A stretch of DNA of 63,895 nucleotides, the filler included, from Globobulimina sp. (lineage: Eukaryota): NCBI GenBank assembly GCA_003354225.1. It is 17 parts of 17 records of this genome, joined end to end, with 100 filler letters (N's around TTAATTAATTAA, not from the genome) between each part and the next. Parts side by side here need not be neighbours in the genome. Positions count along the whole stretch, not along the records: positions 22,612 to 26,275 come from PIVH01002293.1; positions 26,376 to 30,039 come from PIVH01002294.1; positions 30,140 to 33,803 come from PIVH01002295.1; positions 33,904 to 37,567 come from PIVH01002296.1; 13 more parts are not named here. The stretch is one strand, 5' to 3'. The position numbers and the translations under genes were made by a program. Below the pieces are notes generated by a model. It was not told the DNA's origin. It saw nothing but the letters and a program-made list of their open reading frames with translations, and did no database searches. Shown here one piece after another: positions 23,275 to 37,667 of the stretch; positions within the stretch are counted from its first letter, which is position 1, and each line of letters starts with the position of its first letter.

Positions 23275-25384
23275 TCATTTTAGTGCTGCAGATTGCCATA
23301 AAATATTGACAATTTGCAATTCATTGTCAAACATATCAATTAATCCTTGTTTGCATGTAATTTGTGCCTGAAACTCTTTCATTGTAAATATGCCGTTTCG
23401 AGTAAACACAGCCTTCGCTTTATCGTATAAATAAATAGATTTCAACCAATTAATAAAATATTTCCGAACATCATTGTCCACATCAAATGCAATTAATGTA
23501 TGATTCCGTCGTATTGGATCATACATTCTCAAATGTTTATCATCCGCATTAGAATCACAATCATATTTTTTTTTATATTTGCGTTTAGCATTACAATTAA
23601 TACTATTATTATTATTCGAATAATTGGATTGGATTTTAAATCCATAGCGTTGATAAGCTTCAATTGCCGCAATAAAATCCGGTTTAATCCGCAATGCCTG
23701 TTTCAAATGAAACTTTGCCTTTTGATATTGGCACAAAACGTGACAGGTCACAGCTAACCGAAAGTGATGTAAATGCGAATGGGGCCAACAATTGACGGCT
23801 TTTTGCAAATGGAACCTGGCCTCTTCGTATCGTTGCTGTCGATACAAAAAACAGCCGAAATAATAAAAACACAAATCATAATTGGGTGAGCCGGACAGAC
23901 ACATTCGGTAATATTGCTCGGATAATTTGTGTTTTTTTTGCGTGTCTAACAAGCGGGCATAGTTTAGGAGGGCCTTGGCGCAGTTTGGCTTGATTGACAA
24001 GCACTTTTTGTATAGTAGTTCCGCACAGTCATAGCGCCGCAATTTATAATATAACAAAAAAGCATAGTTATACATGGTGACGTAATTACGGGGGGATAGT
24101 TGCAAGGATTTCTTGTAATATTTCTCTGCTGATAATAGATTATTTATATCGCTGCTTCTGCTCAACTGTGCCAATGCAAATGCATAACGACCAAATATTT
24201 CGCCATCTGTCAGTTTAATTTCACACAGATACGGATAGAGAGAGAGAGAGAGAGTGTGAATGATATAGGGACAGACCATGGGGTGCTATTTTTATTAAAT
24301 CTTGCAAGATATTCTTAGCTAAAACATAATTGTGTTCCGCCTGCGCTTGACATGCAATTTGGAATTTGCGCTTAAATTGCAATATGGTGCTGTTGCTGTA
24401 TCGGTTGTTATTGTTATATTTGTCCCAATCAATGGTGTTCGAACTGTTATGGTCAAAGTTTGTGCGCCGCGTATCTCGTTTTATCCAATTGTAGATTTGA
24501 CGATTATTCTCGTCATGATTATGTTTTTTGTAATTGAATTCATTCCAATTTTTTAATGCAAAATATTCATTTTTATACTGTACATTTTCGGGTTTCAAAT
24601 CTAACGCTTTTTTGACATAAAACATGCCATTTTTTGTGTCTTTTATATGATCAGTTAAAAATAGACCAAATGTGTATAAATATTTATCATTTTTATAGTT
24701 TGTAAATTCAATGCATTTTAGGAAATATTCTTTTGCTTTTTTAAATGAGGAACAATGTTGTAACATAAGTGCATATTCGAACTGATATGAAATATTTTCC
24801 GGCTTCAAATTGATGGCTATTTCCATCTGCGATTTGCCATTATTTTCGCGATCCAATTTGTAAAATAATAATTGAGAATATTTATAATGAACAATATCAA
24901 TGTCAATATTTGCAGGGATTTTATACGTTGAGTTATTCTCGTTTATTAAATCAAAATATTGTTCAAAATACACGGCAGATTCACTATAATGCTTAAGATG
25001 GATATATAAGTTTGCAATGTCATAATAAATGGGTGAGTTATAATTATTTAATTTTAATGATTTGATATAATATTTTTTTGCATTGTATAGGTCATTCTTG
25101 CTTAAATGCAATAATTTGGCATATTGGTGGTAATTAAACCAATTTGAAATGAATGAGTTCTCAATTTCTATATTATTTATGTGTATGATTTGCTTATAAT
25201 ATGTTAATGACTCGTCATATGATTGCATTTTATAGGACACATAGCCAATTTGCGATAGTATTTCATAATCGCTTGGGTATTGAGATAATATTTTGCTTAA
25301 TATCTTGTATGCGACACAATATTTGTGCTCAAATACCAAGCGTTTAATTAATTGTCGCTGAGCCAAATTTGAATTTATATCCAT
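23275..25384 (-). CDS. TPR-repeat protein with a possible SAM-like C-terminus
   Basis: Many TPR units (e.g. AEKYYKKSLQLSPRNYVTMYNYA). Intron 24207-24276 joins ORFs 24221-25489 and 23275-24279. Confidence 0.88.
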
Positions 25385-25555
25385 TAGTCGATTAATTATA
25401 TATAATACGTATATATTAATTAAGAATGAATTGGAAAAGATATTTTTTGCAAATATGGCAGATGATGGACGTAAAGATAGGATTAGCACAAATGGTATTA
25501 CACCAAAGCGAACGCACCGATTGCGATAAAGTTGTGCAGAGACTGAGATTAAAAA

Positions 25556-25659
25556 ACAACTTCAATCATTAAATTGTTCTCGACATAAACGTCAATGTCG
25601 TTATTTAGATTGTGTGTGGATTCAGATAGCTATCATCCTGTAAAACCTTTAAAATCCGT
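25556..25659. repeat. 104-bp inverted repeat, right copy
   Basis: Pairs with 22943-23046. Confidence 0.95.
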
Positions 25660-25809
25660 TAATCGAAAGACTAGCATCAATTAAAGTTAATTAAAAACAG
25701 CCTACATGATGCACTAAAAAAATATGAAATAAAATAATGATGTAACAACAAAGAGATACCCAATAAGATGGAAATAATAGTTAAATAATGAGAAAGTTAT
25801 ATGTCACAT

Positions 25810-26275
25810 TTAATCTTTTCTTTTTTTATCTGAGGGTCTGATTTTTTTCTGTGGAATTGCCAAGTATGCCGTTAATTTGCTATAAACTAAAAATCGTATA
25901 CCATTATTTGGAACAATTTTAATTGCATTTGGTAGCAAGCCCTTATAAAATGATTTTAGACCATCACCTTTTGGATTCGTAGCAATTTTATACACGCAGT
26001 CACGAATTCCCTTATAATTATGATTGGGCATCTGCATAGATCTTCGTACGGTGTCCAAAGGATAACACACAGTCTGTGCCAATAAGCCGGCACAGGCACC
26101 CAATCCCAAAATAGCGAGTGTTGAGGCATCCTTTGCATTGCCTTCTGGTCCAATGTACCATGTTTTTAAGGCATCGAATGTGGCAAAATTGCATGCAATA
26201 AATGGTGCTAATGATAGCAATGTCGGTGTCCATCCCTTATAAAAACACAATATCCCACCTTCAGTGTATATATTT
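25810..26275 (-). CDS. Mitochondrial carrier family (SLC25) protein, 5' partial
   Basis: PX[DE]XX[KR]R signature PLDTVRRSMQ and G.KSFYKG..PN..K..P. Confidence 0.9.
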
Positions 26276-26375
26276 NNNNNNNNNNNNNNNNNNNNNNNNN
26301 NNNNNNNNNNNNNNNNNNNTTAATTAATTAANNNNNNNNNNNNNNNNNNNNNNNNNNNNNNNNNNNNNNNNNNNN

Positions 26376-27277
26376 GACATTGTATTGAATTTGGAAATAA
26401 AGTGCAATCAACAGAAGTTGCAGTTGGTGCGCCTGTTGGATATCCGGTTGAATCTGATGCACTCGGCGAAGTTGTTGGGATGGTAGCTGAACATGTAATT
26501 TCTCGAGTTTGTGGATGAAACTACAGAGACAAACTGCCAAGATCCGCCAGCAATATTTGAGCTGTCGCCCCATGATTTAGTGGTTGATATCATGAGTACA
26601 AATCCATGTGTTGCTTTTTGACAATCCGTGTCGTAGTCATCGTTGATAATCCATTTAAATACTTCAGGATGAAAATATAAATAATATTGTCCTGTTGGTG
26701 ATAGTGGTGCAGGTGTCATAATATACACATTTTGATTGTTTTGATCATTACTGCCGTCGCGTATATATGTACCAACATAATCGTCATTAGCTGTGCTTGA
26801 AAATTCTACACTTTCACATAATATTTGTGGACAATCACCAGGTTTAATATAAAATAATATGTCAGGTATATAGTCATTAAAATTAGCTGTTGGTGCACCG
26901 TCTGGTGCAAAATACCATTCTGTATTACATTTGGTTGGATCTGCTGGTTGCGGAGATGCGTTACATTGTGCATATGACGAGGCGGCGGTGCTACCAAATG
27001 TAGGAGAAATTAACCAACGATATTCATCATTTAAGTCCTTATAATAATATAACCATAGAGTTGAAATATAACAGTTTTGTTGTTGCTGTTTTTTCCAATA
27101 TCTTTGACCGTTGAATGTTGCACTTCCTTGCGATGTATCTAATGACCATTTACCATTGATAAAGTTTAATGTGTTTGCGTTTTGAGCAGCACTCTCTGGC
27201 TCATAATGTCTGTTCCAACTGCATAAGCTGTTGACTCCAATAATTATATATGCTGATAATAAAAACAAATGGCACAT
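26376..27277 (-). CDS. Secreted Cys/Trp-rich protein with PT repeats, 3' partial (frame discontinuity near 26510)
   Basis: Signal peptide MCHLFLLSAYIIIGVNS and two similar beta-rich modules. The continuation ITCSATIPTTSPSASDSTGYPTGAPT lies in the +1 frame. Confidence 0.6.
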
Positions 27278-27337
27278 GGTTCACGCGATACAGTAACTAA
27301 TTTAGACTGTTTTGTACTTTGAAAGTAAGTAGAAAGC

Positions 27338-30039
27338 ATGTCGTCGAATGCTTTCTTAGAAGTTGAACGTATATCATCAGAATTGGTGGAACTATGTCGT
27401 AATAACACAGAAACAGAAGAAAAATGTAGGAAAATATTGGAATTACTAAGTACAATGAAGAAAATCCACGATAAATCTAATTTCTTTATCTCTTATGAAT
27501 TATTAAAATGCCTACGATTATTACTAGTAGATATTGATAAAAAATTGCGAGTGCAAAGTTGCAGAGCCATCCGATATATGACATGTAATCAATACGTATT
27601 AAACCAAATGGTAACATTAAATGTGCCAATATTTATGATGATATGTTTCGAGCGCGAAGATAAGAAATATTATTGGGAAAGATTAGGTGGACTCAAATGG
27701 ATTCGGCATTTAATTGATAATTATCCATTATCTATCCCCAAACCATGCGTGATGTCCTTAATTTGCATTGCCTCCAATCCTAAGCACGAATATAGGAAGA
27801 TTTGCTTAGATTCCTTGCGTGAACTATGCATCATAAACCCACAGATTGTAAATAAGTGCAATGGTTTTAAAATCTTAATCGATTTGATATTAAACCCTTC
27901 ATTGGAACAAAACATATCGCATAGTTTGCTTTTAACCATTTTATACATCTTAGATCATCCAAATACGCGCAAATATCTACGCCCATCACTTGATATTCAA
28001 CGCTTATTATCGCCGTTTGTCTCTGTAAATCCATATAAAAAAAATGCATTACAAAAAGTACAAATCGAACAACGCGATAAAACCAGAATTATTGCACAAA
28101 AAAGCTTAATTACAATGCTTAAATCCATCACTGGCATATTTTATTTAGCGCAAGATATTAAAAATAAATCTTTTTTAAAATTGTTAGTCGATTTAATGTC
28201 GCTTCCGAATAATATTGCGGGTATCCAATGGGCGCGAAAAACTATGTTCAATGTGCTAGAAAATGCATTATTACCACTCTCAGATTCGAGCAAATTGGAC
28301 AAATGCCGTGGACCCAATCTCATTGTCAATTATGTCTGTTTAATATTGATGGCTTTTATTAAAAACGGATTGATTGAATGCTTAGTCAATGTCGGCATGC
28401 GCAGTGATTTAGATTTAGCGCCAAGAGCACGTACATTATTACAACGTATTCAAGCGTTATCCGCCAAATATTTACCGCCCAAAATATCTGTCAAGATCTG
28501 CAGTATTGAGCGAGTGATGGACGATGCCGCCATGTTTGTGGGTGGCAATTTAGAGGTTACTGTTCAACGTAATTTCGCCAATATGATGATATCTGAATTA
28601 ACGGAGGACGCCAGTTTGGATATGGATAATAATAAAAAATATAAATATAAATACGATGATCAAGACGACGACTCTGATGATGAGAATAGTAGCTATGTCT
28701 CCGCCGATACTATTTGTCATAGATTAGGCGCAGAATTTGATTTAAATTCAACTTTTATTCGTTACCGATATATATCTGGATTAGATAGAGATATCCCATC
28801 GACATTAATGTTTCAAGATCGCATACCTTACCATTGTCACCGCAATAAGGACAATCACATTGATCCAAACAACACCAACAACGATAACAACAGCAACAAC
28901 ATTATTAATGACACCAAAGTATTTAATCAATTTTCCTTTAAATCGCAGAAATCCAATATTTTAGACGCGCTTAAGTTTGACCAGAACGCTTCGTACAATG
29001 AGGCGCAAATTATTGATAAATTGCGAGATACGCAAGTCACGCAAACCAAGGAACATCAACATTGGGACATGGATAAAGTATGGAAAGTATTAAATGGCCC
29101 GTTATGGAATATTAATAACTTATTAGTCGCTTTGCACAAAACGAGATTCATTAAGCGGCTGATTCAATATTTAAAGCCTTCCAAGCAGTTTTTTACTTTG
29201 TTAAAATGGCGAAGGAAAAATATCCGCCACGCTCACTGTGCGGTGCAGCTATTTCGGTTACTTACGTCGTGCGATGATGGCTGTAAAAATCAGCATTTTG
29301 GCGAATTGATTGGAGAGATATTTGATTGTTTAAAAGACCAACTTGACTCCAATTTGAAGAAGAAAAAACCGAAGAAATCGTATGCGCCTTTCAGCCGATC
29401 CTCGATGAAATTGACTTTATCGCGAACCTATATTATTTTAATTGGCATATTATCAGAATCGCAGCGCGGAATGAAGTTTTTTCAAAAACATCATATGTTT
29501 CCGTTTTTGTTTCCGTTGACTACGAAAGAAATCAGCGAATACCAAATGAAAACAAATCGAATTGTTGGGCCAAACGATTATTTGTTGCGCCTAATTGCCA
29601 CCAATTTGGATTATACGGTGGATATGAATGAATTTCCATTGTTATTTAGTCAATGGATCGCCAAAGGCTCCCACTATTTACGTAAGACATTAATCACACA
29701 TTTAGAGCTATTGTACCGCGCACAAATGCCAAAGTTTGACGAATGGTCCATCAATGTATTAACTATATTATTGAAATCGGAGCAGAGATTGGCGCTCACT
29801 GCCCTTAAAGTGTTGGAGAAGATCAATTTATCACAAAACAGTATAAAATCACAACAGTATTTAATTGATTTGATCCATACGCATCCCACCGATAATGTGA
29901 TTGGTGAATATGGACAGTTTTTGTTTATAAAAATGTTATCCACTGTGGAAGGATTAACCTTTTTGACTCAAAGTAATTGGTTAAATAATAAACGACGACA
30001 ATGGAGTGACAAAATGCATACAAAATATACAAATATGAT
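27338..30039 (+). CDS. RICTOR: RICTOR/Avo3/PiaA-like TORC2 subunit, 3' partial
   Basis: ARM-like N-terminus with ER..GLKWIR, TRKYLRPSLDIQRLLSPF, W....VLNGPLWN, KTRFIKRL..YLKPS and NLDYT, all RICTOR-type motifs. Confidence 0.85.
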
Positions 30040-30139
30040 NNNNNNNNNNNNNNNNNNNNNNNNNNNNNNNNNNNNNNNNNNNNTTAATTAATTAANNNNN
30101 NNNNNNNNNNNNNNNNNNNNNNNNNNNNNNNNNNNNNNN

Positions 30140-33100
30140 ATTCTTAATCCAGTTACAATTTTCAAACATTATGACAATGGTAGATTCATTTGGATATTTA
30201 ATATTTAATATATTGCCAAGATTAGCCCTGAAATCAACGTTTAAAAACTGTATATAATTATTTGTATCTGAATTGTTTAGGTTATCTTCAACGACTAAGA
30301 TTACATTGTCATCATTATTGTAAAATTTACTGTCCGTAAATAGTATGTTTGATTCAGAAAAATCATTCCAATTCAAATTATGAATACTAAATAATGCATT
30401 GTTGTTGCTATTATTATTGTCGTTAATATGTATATTTGTGAAAGAAATATTGGGTGACCAATCTGAAGAATCTGCATTCACATAAAATGATGTTTGTTGG
30501 TTAAAATTTGTAAAATTCGATGATGTAATATCTATCTGAACGTTATCCGTTGATGATATTTCATTATTTGTTCCTGCTGTAAATATCATAAATGATGCAG
30601 AGTCAAATAACGTGTTAACAATATCTATATCATCGTTATAATGTATATTTAGTAACCAACTTGGTACGTAATCTCTGAATGTACTCTCTTGGATATTAAT
30701 CATATTATTATTCATCCGATCATCGTATAAGTTGATAAATGGCATGGTGTCTATTATTACATTACTAACATTAATAATTATTGGATCCACGCCATCAATA
30801 AATAATATATGCTCTTGGATTGTAACATTATTTAAATACAATGAACTATGCTCCAAATAAATCACAGCGTCCGTTAATTCATTATTGATAAATCTGCAAT
30901 GATTAATAACTGTGGTAAATATTGTGCCATTTTCAATTGGTTTCATTAAATATGGTGCATAATTGCCGATAAATTCTGTATTTTCAAAATAAATGGATGT
31001 TGTATTATAATCATTGATGCTTTGTTTACCTTTGTACAATACAACACTTTCTGTATTATGATTGTTTTTAAATGTATTATCTACAGAAAGAAATCTGTAT
31101 TGATCATTGAAATTATTTCCAATAAAAATGGATGTAATCACCGATATTGTATTGGAACTGTACTCAAATACATTATTTTCGAAATATGCTATACCATAAT
31201 ATTTGGTGCTAATTGCATTTGTATTAATATCATAAATATAAAATGCTGAATCTGTCGAATAATTTGAAAATGCTGAATTAGTGACAAGAAATGTTGGATT
31301 ATTGACAACAGCATTTGCATTTGTATTTTGTCCAAAGTATAAACTACAAAATGCATGAATGAAATCACAGTCATCAATTTCTACATAATCGAATGGCTGG
31401 ATATTATAAAATAGACACATTTGTTTATCATATAAAGTATTTTCGAATATGGATGATGAGATATAAACATTTGAAGATACAACGTTTGACACATCATTTC
31501 GAATGATATCAATTGCCGAATCATTAAAATTTGGACCAAAATAAACATTTTCAATGATTACAAATAACGGATCTTCCAGATACACGAATTTGGAATCAAT
31601 GTCAACATCTTGTTGTTTGATCGTAATATTCATCGGACCAATCATTGTGGCGTAATATCCATAAATATCAATTGTACCGTCTCCAAAGTCATTATTTTCA
31701 AAATTGATTATCAAAGGATTCGCATTTTGTGCGTTTATTTCCGCATAAAATAAATATTCTTCCGCATAATGATCGGTGTAATCTTTGAACTGGTTTTTGT
31801 AAAAATGGATGGAAGATACAATATCATTGCTGTTATTGTTTAATAATTCAACATTTAATGCAGTTGTTCTAAACACGCAATTTGTGACATTCAGCCGGAT
31901 GTAATAATCTGTTCTAATGATTGAGGATTGAATACGATCAAATACAACATTGTCTAATAACAAATATGTGCCTACATCGCTATACATATTATCATATATA
32001 CCCGAAACCAAAAGTATATAATTTAAATACGATGAAAATATATCACTATTTTCAATCTTTATTACATTATTTGATGTGTAGTTATTTACGACATACATAA
32101 ATGTATTACCATTATCATTAGAAATATTCGTATATGCGATATGAATATCTGTTTTTTCTGTACTCCATATATTTGAACCATTATTTTGCCTAAATATTGA
32201 GGATGAAAGTGATACGGAACAATCATCGGTTATGATACAACTGTCATATTGATTATATCCACAATAATTATTTTCGAATAACATGGATGTAATTGAGACA
32301 GTTAGATATTTTAAATTAATTAAAGACCAGTCATCAATTTTATTATTTATAAATGAAACATCGTCCAATTCAAAAATACCATCACCATTATTGTTATTGC
32401 TACTTAGTTGCGTTTGGAATATTGTACCAATGTTATCTTTGAATAACACGTTGAAATATTTAAATACCTCTAATTTTAATTGCATGCCAACGAACAAAAA
32501 TAACGCATCGCTTTGAGTGGAGTTACAGTGTGAAATGTTTGTATTGGAGATTGCCACCGTACTGGTTTTGTCCACATCATTGATATCAAAATACCCAATT
32601 ACTCCAATATGCGACTCAATTCTTGTTGCTCTTATCTTTAATGTAGAATCATCATTGTTTACTAACACACCAAAATTGTTAATAAAGTCGACGTTTCTAA
32701 TGAGAGTATCAGAGCCATCATCAAAACAAAACAAACACAATGCTGCGTTATCGATATTGTTTATGAATACTGAATTTTGTTGGATAATCAACACACTTTT
32801 TCCTGCTGTTATTATGGATGAACTAACTGTGTTATTTGCAAAACGCGAATTTAGTATTAATATCTGGCTGTCATAGGAATTAATAATTGGTTGCAAATCA
32901 TTTTCATTTTGGGTGAAATTGTTATTCTCAAATGCCAGACGAACATTGTTTGTATTGATTAGCAATTCTGCATTGTTTAACCACTGGCAATGCTCAAATA
33001 AAATCACTGCATTGGACAGATTGAGTGTGGGTTGATAGTTATGCTCAAATCTCACATTTTGAAATGTAATGGAGTCGTTGGACTGTGTCTGATTCATTTC

Positions 33101-33803
33101 ATTCGACACCACCACCAACAGAGTATTATTATTATTATAAATATTCGACGATGTCACCACAACATTTGGTGCCCACTTTTGGCCATTTGTATTCAAATAA
33201 AATAAGCGCCCACCATCATTATTATAATTACAAAAGTTGCAGTTGGAAATATTTACTTGCTGCGAGTTGTTGGATGAGATTTGGTTGTTGGAACCACTCA
33301 AAATGTTAAAGGTGGATCGAGTGAAATTCGCATTGAATATATGGATGATTTCAAATGGTTTAACAAATACTTCAAATAAATTGTCACTGTTTACAAAGGA
33401 TGACCGATAAATGTCAATATTGGACAATGTGCTCCTGCTATCATTCAAATATAATAATTGCGTGCCATCCGTTGAAACATCAAATACATTGATGATGGCT
33501 GAGGTTGCCGCAATTATTAAGCTATGATTATTTATCACCGAATCGGACAACTCCAACTCGCAACCGTTGAGATCAAATATGGCATCAAACACATGATTAC
33601 CAACAAATTGGTTGGATTGAGATTGAATGAAACCAAATTCATGACAAAACACCATGGAATCCGATATATTACTATCGAGAAATTGATTGGATAATAAACA
33701 TAAGTTCACGTGTTTGATGTAAACCAACTGCGACAACTCATTATTGACAAATATATTGTTATAAAACCGGAGTTTATTCTGTTTGCTGATCAAATCCATG
33801 GAA
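30140..33803 (-). CDS. Giant Asn-rich parallel beta-helix (pectin-lyase/Pmp-like) protein fragment
   Basis: Intronless ORF covering essentially the whole contig, with recurring I.N..F.NN motifs and an internal long-period duplication. Confidence 0.75.
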
Positions 33804-33903
33804 NNNNNNNNNNNNNNNNNNNNNNNNNNNNNNNNNNNNNNNNNNNNTTAATTAATTAANNNNNNNNNNNNNNNNNNNNNNNNNNNNNNNNNNNNNNNNN
33901 NNN

Positions 33904-35210
33904 TGTTATTTGGATTTGATGGATATTGTTTTGATTCTGTAACACGATATTTATTAAAATTTTATTATCCATTGTTATTGATAGGTATCATGAAATATGA
34001 CAATATGATATGGAAGGCATATATTCAATCACTATTTATTAACAATGAAAATCAACAACAACGAATATTGAGTTTAACAAAAACAATTTGTGACTGTAAT
34101 TTCTTTGGTGGATTAAGAAAGAATGAGAATAATCAACCATTAAAAATATATGAAAATATCTGCGCCTTAATATCCAGCAATTGTCAGACATTCACAAAGA
34201 ATGAGATTGCAGATGGCAATGCACGTATAATTGGTACAGGAAGCAAAAGCGAAGTCACATTACGCCAACTTAAAAATGGAGAGTACGTTGCTGTAAAGCA
34301 ATTGTGGTCTGATAAGCGGTATGGTTTGGTCAACGTTGTAGAATATCTCAAAGAAGCATGGATCATCGCAGACATTAAACATGAAAATATTGTCGAATTG
34401 AAAGGAATTTGCTATGATTTATCATTGGATAAGAATGATTTTTATCTCGTGTATGAATATTGCAATAAAGGGGATTTGAATAAGTTTTTGAATTTAACGA
34501 ATGCAAAAAGAGGCATTGATGCTCAACAAATTAGCGATCGTCGACAGTTGCAAATTAGAATGAAACTTTTGTTTGATGCGGCAATAGGAATTCATATTTT
34601 GCATGCAAATGAAATCGCGCATCGTGATATAAAACCAGATCAAATCATGGTGCATCAAGAAGAAAAAACAAATCAATATACAGCAAAAATTGGAGATTTC
34701 GGAGGAAGCAAATTTTTAAAGTTATATTCACAGAATTCTGGGGTCTTGGATGATATTTTGGGCTCTCCGCAATCCTCGATTAGGGGCGCAGCGGCAGTTA
34801 AGTCGAGTGTGGTTGGCGCAGACGCATATCGGGCATTTGAAATCACTGCGTCTCAGTCGGTTCAGTCGAATACCTCTGGAAAGATGACGACAAAGTTAAC
34901 AGTGAAAGAGTTATTAGCCGCAGACATTTGGGCATTTGGGAAAGTTATGTGGCAAGTCGCATATTTTAAAATGCCGAATGAAAAAGCTGGCACAACTGAA
35001 GAGATTTTATCTTGGGGTGAAGTGCCTGTTGATGTGCAGCGATCATTTAATAACAACAGAAGGATTTATGAAGACTTGACTAATTTGATTGAGTCATGTT
35101 GGTCTCGGGTATCTTTGAGAGTGCAGGCTATGGATTGTTTACGAACATTGAATGGGATAAATGAACAATTGAATATACATACTGATGACAGTAAGGTTGA
35201 AGATGAATAA
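33904..35210 (+). CDS. Protein kinase (TKL-like, divergent), 5' partial
   Basis: GTGSKSEV, VAVK, HENIV, HRDIKPDQ, KIGDFG, DIWAFG and CW. Confidence 0.85.
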
Positions 35211-35772
35211 AATACAATATTTCCAGACATTTGTCGTTTGTGAGGTGATAACACTGATTTTTTTGTTTTAAATTCTATTGTGCGCCGTTCTATTAATATA
35301 AGACTAAAAACAGATCTTAATTGTGAGAATATAGTAATTCGAGATAAATGAGGTTAAATCATGTTCGGTCGGGAAAACGCAACAAAAATTGATCCTTATG
35401 AAAAATACTGTCTTCAAAACACTAAGAAATCAACTTCCCCCCCTTGACCATCCAACCTCGGATGCCATCATCTTACAACTTCTTTATACAACTTATACTG
35501 TTTATATCCTTTGCTGTCTCCAAAGGTAATCTTTCGCTCATCAAAAATGCTTCGGCAAACGAGAGCGAATTAACCTATATAGAATTGATAAATAAATCCC
35601 CCAAAAAATACAAAACCAAAAATAAAACAAATAAAATAAACGTAATAAACTCCCCCGATAAAGACATAAAACATACTATATACTCTCCCCTATATACTCC
35701 TAAAATTATTATATTAATATACTGCAATTTTCTGTATATTTTGTATACAGTCCTCCCGCATTCCCGCACTAA

Positions 35773-37567
35773 AATGTTGCCGAAAGATTATAATAACAAA
35801 GCAAAGGTGGACCATATCCAAAGAAACACAAATAAGAAAGCGCAACCAACCCAAAACCAGCAAGAATATGATAATATCATTGTAAGTTTATCGTTGCAGC
35901 AATCCAAGTTTCAAAGAGAGTCCCTGCCATTGCATAGACAGAAAGAATATCATATTAATGATTTCCTCGATAATAGCAATGAAGATATGATTATTGTGAC
36001 ATTTGCAGACATGGTAACTGCGCCAAACGTGTCGCCAAATTGGATGAATGCAGGCAGTGCCCATAAAATTAATGTGATTAAGAAAAATAATGTATTATAT
36101 TACGCGCCTGATTGGGAGCAGTTTATTGAAGAAAAAGAGAATGAGAATGAAGCCGATTCGATACGCACTGCAATTCCCCCCTCACCGTACAATACCTTTA
36201 CGAGAGGCGATACGTGCTTTCCTGCGCTAATTGCACAGCATCCAGAATCGTTGAAGAGTTCACAATATCCATTCCCTCACAAAGCCAACCGAAAGAAACG
36301 AAGAAATAAAAAACAAAAAGATGCCAGAAATAAGCAACCAATTACAAAAGCCGACGTTGTTGCCGATCAAATTAAAAATATAAAGAGAACCGGTGCTGAT
36401 ATTAAATATGAAATAAAAAATGGAGAAATATGGGACAGCAGAACCGAGAAAATTGATTTAAAAAAGGAGGCAGCGAATTTAAAAGACTTTGAAGAATTAT
36501 GGCAATTAGAAAATGTATGTGAAATTAGCAATGTTTGCATATCATCCAATTCGTTAAATGTGTATTCGCCGACATACAGGTTCCAGAATTTGATAAGCGG
36601 TAAAAACCCGGATTACCAGAAAGCGATTCAGATTTTATACAAAAACACAAATACAGATCATCCAATCCATAGATTGGTCATTCCCCATTTAATACCATCG
36701 ACGGTTTATATTAATGACAAAAGAATATTACACTTAGACCCTATTATTGGTTCCAGCACAGAATCAATTTTAATGGATCTCGATTGGGATATTCCATTCC
36801 CGCGTTTCGAATATAATGACATTGAAATTGTATACATCAAAAAGAAATTAATTTGGCGACCAACCAATATGTGTTTATTAAACATTCCATTAAATATATT
36901 AAACAACAATTCATTGCAGCGAATTATCAAAAATAAAATCAAAGCGAATATACAATCAACGTTTATTTTATATACAATAAAAAGTGCGATGGAAAATGAT
37001 TATGATATGACGCAAATCGATTATACGCCGCTGTTAATTGCATTAATCCGCCCACACCAAATTAAATTAGAACGACTCAAAAAGGCGCAGTCAGAATTAA
37101 TTGAAGAACGATCAAATCCGTCCCCGATGAATGAAGACACGAATAACAACGCAGAATCATTGAGTGATGATTCAATAAATTCAGATTTATGGTTTGCGGA
37201 GTTGACAAATGAAATAAATTCGCAATATGTAAATATATTAAAATTAATCGAGAAATATGCGGTGAAATCAGAGGATGTTATCATTACAAATATAATTAAG
37301 AACAGACGTTGGTGCAGAAATACGTTATTTCAAATGAGTAATGAAACGGGATGCGAGTTAGAACCGCCATTATGGATAAAAGAGGATAGTTGGAAAAGAA
37401 TGATTGATTTCGTAGTGGCGGATGATTGCATACAAAGCATCGGCAAACCTTTCAAATCCAATTTAATGTACGATGAGAATTTTGTTTTTGTTACACCGGT
37501 GACAGTGACTGGTATTAATCCAAAATTAATTGTGGGTGATGACACATTGAATATCCCCTCAATGAAA
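35773..37567 (+). CDS. Long hypothetical protein, 3' partial
   Basis: Uninterrupted ORF (open from 35444) with no recognised domain. The start is uncertain. Confidence 0.5.
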
Positions 37568-37667
37568 NNNNNNNNNNNNNNNNNNNNNNNNNNNNNNNNN
37601 NNNNNNNNNNNTTAATTAATTAANNNNNNNNNNNNNNNNNNNNNNNNNNNNNNNNNNNNNNNNNNNN

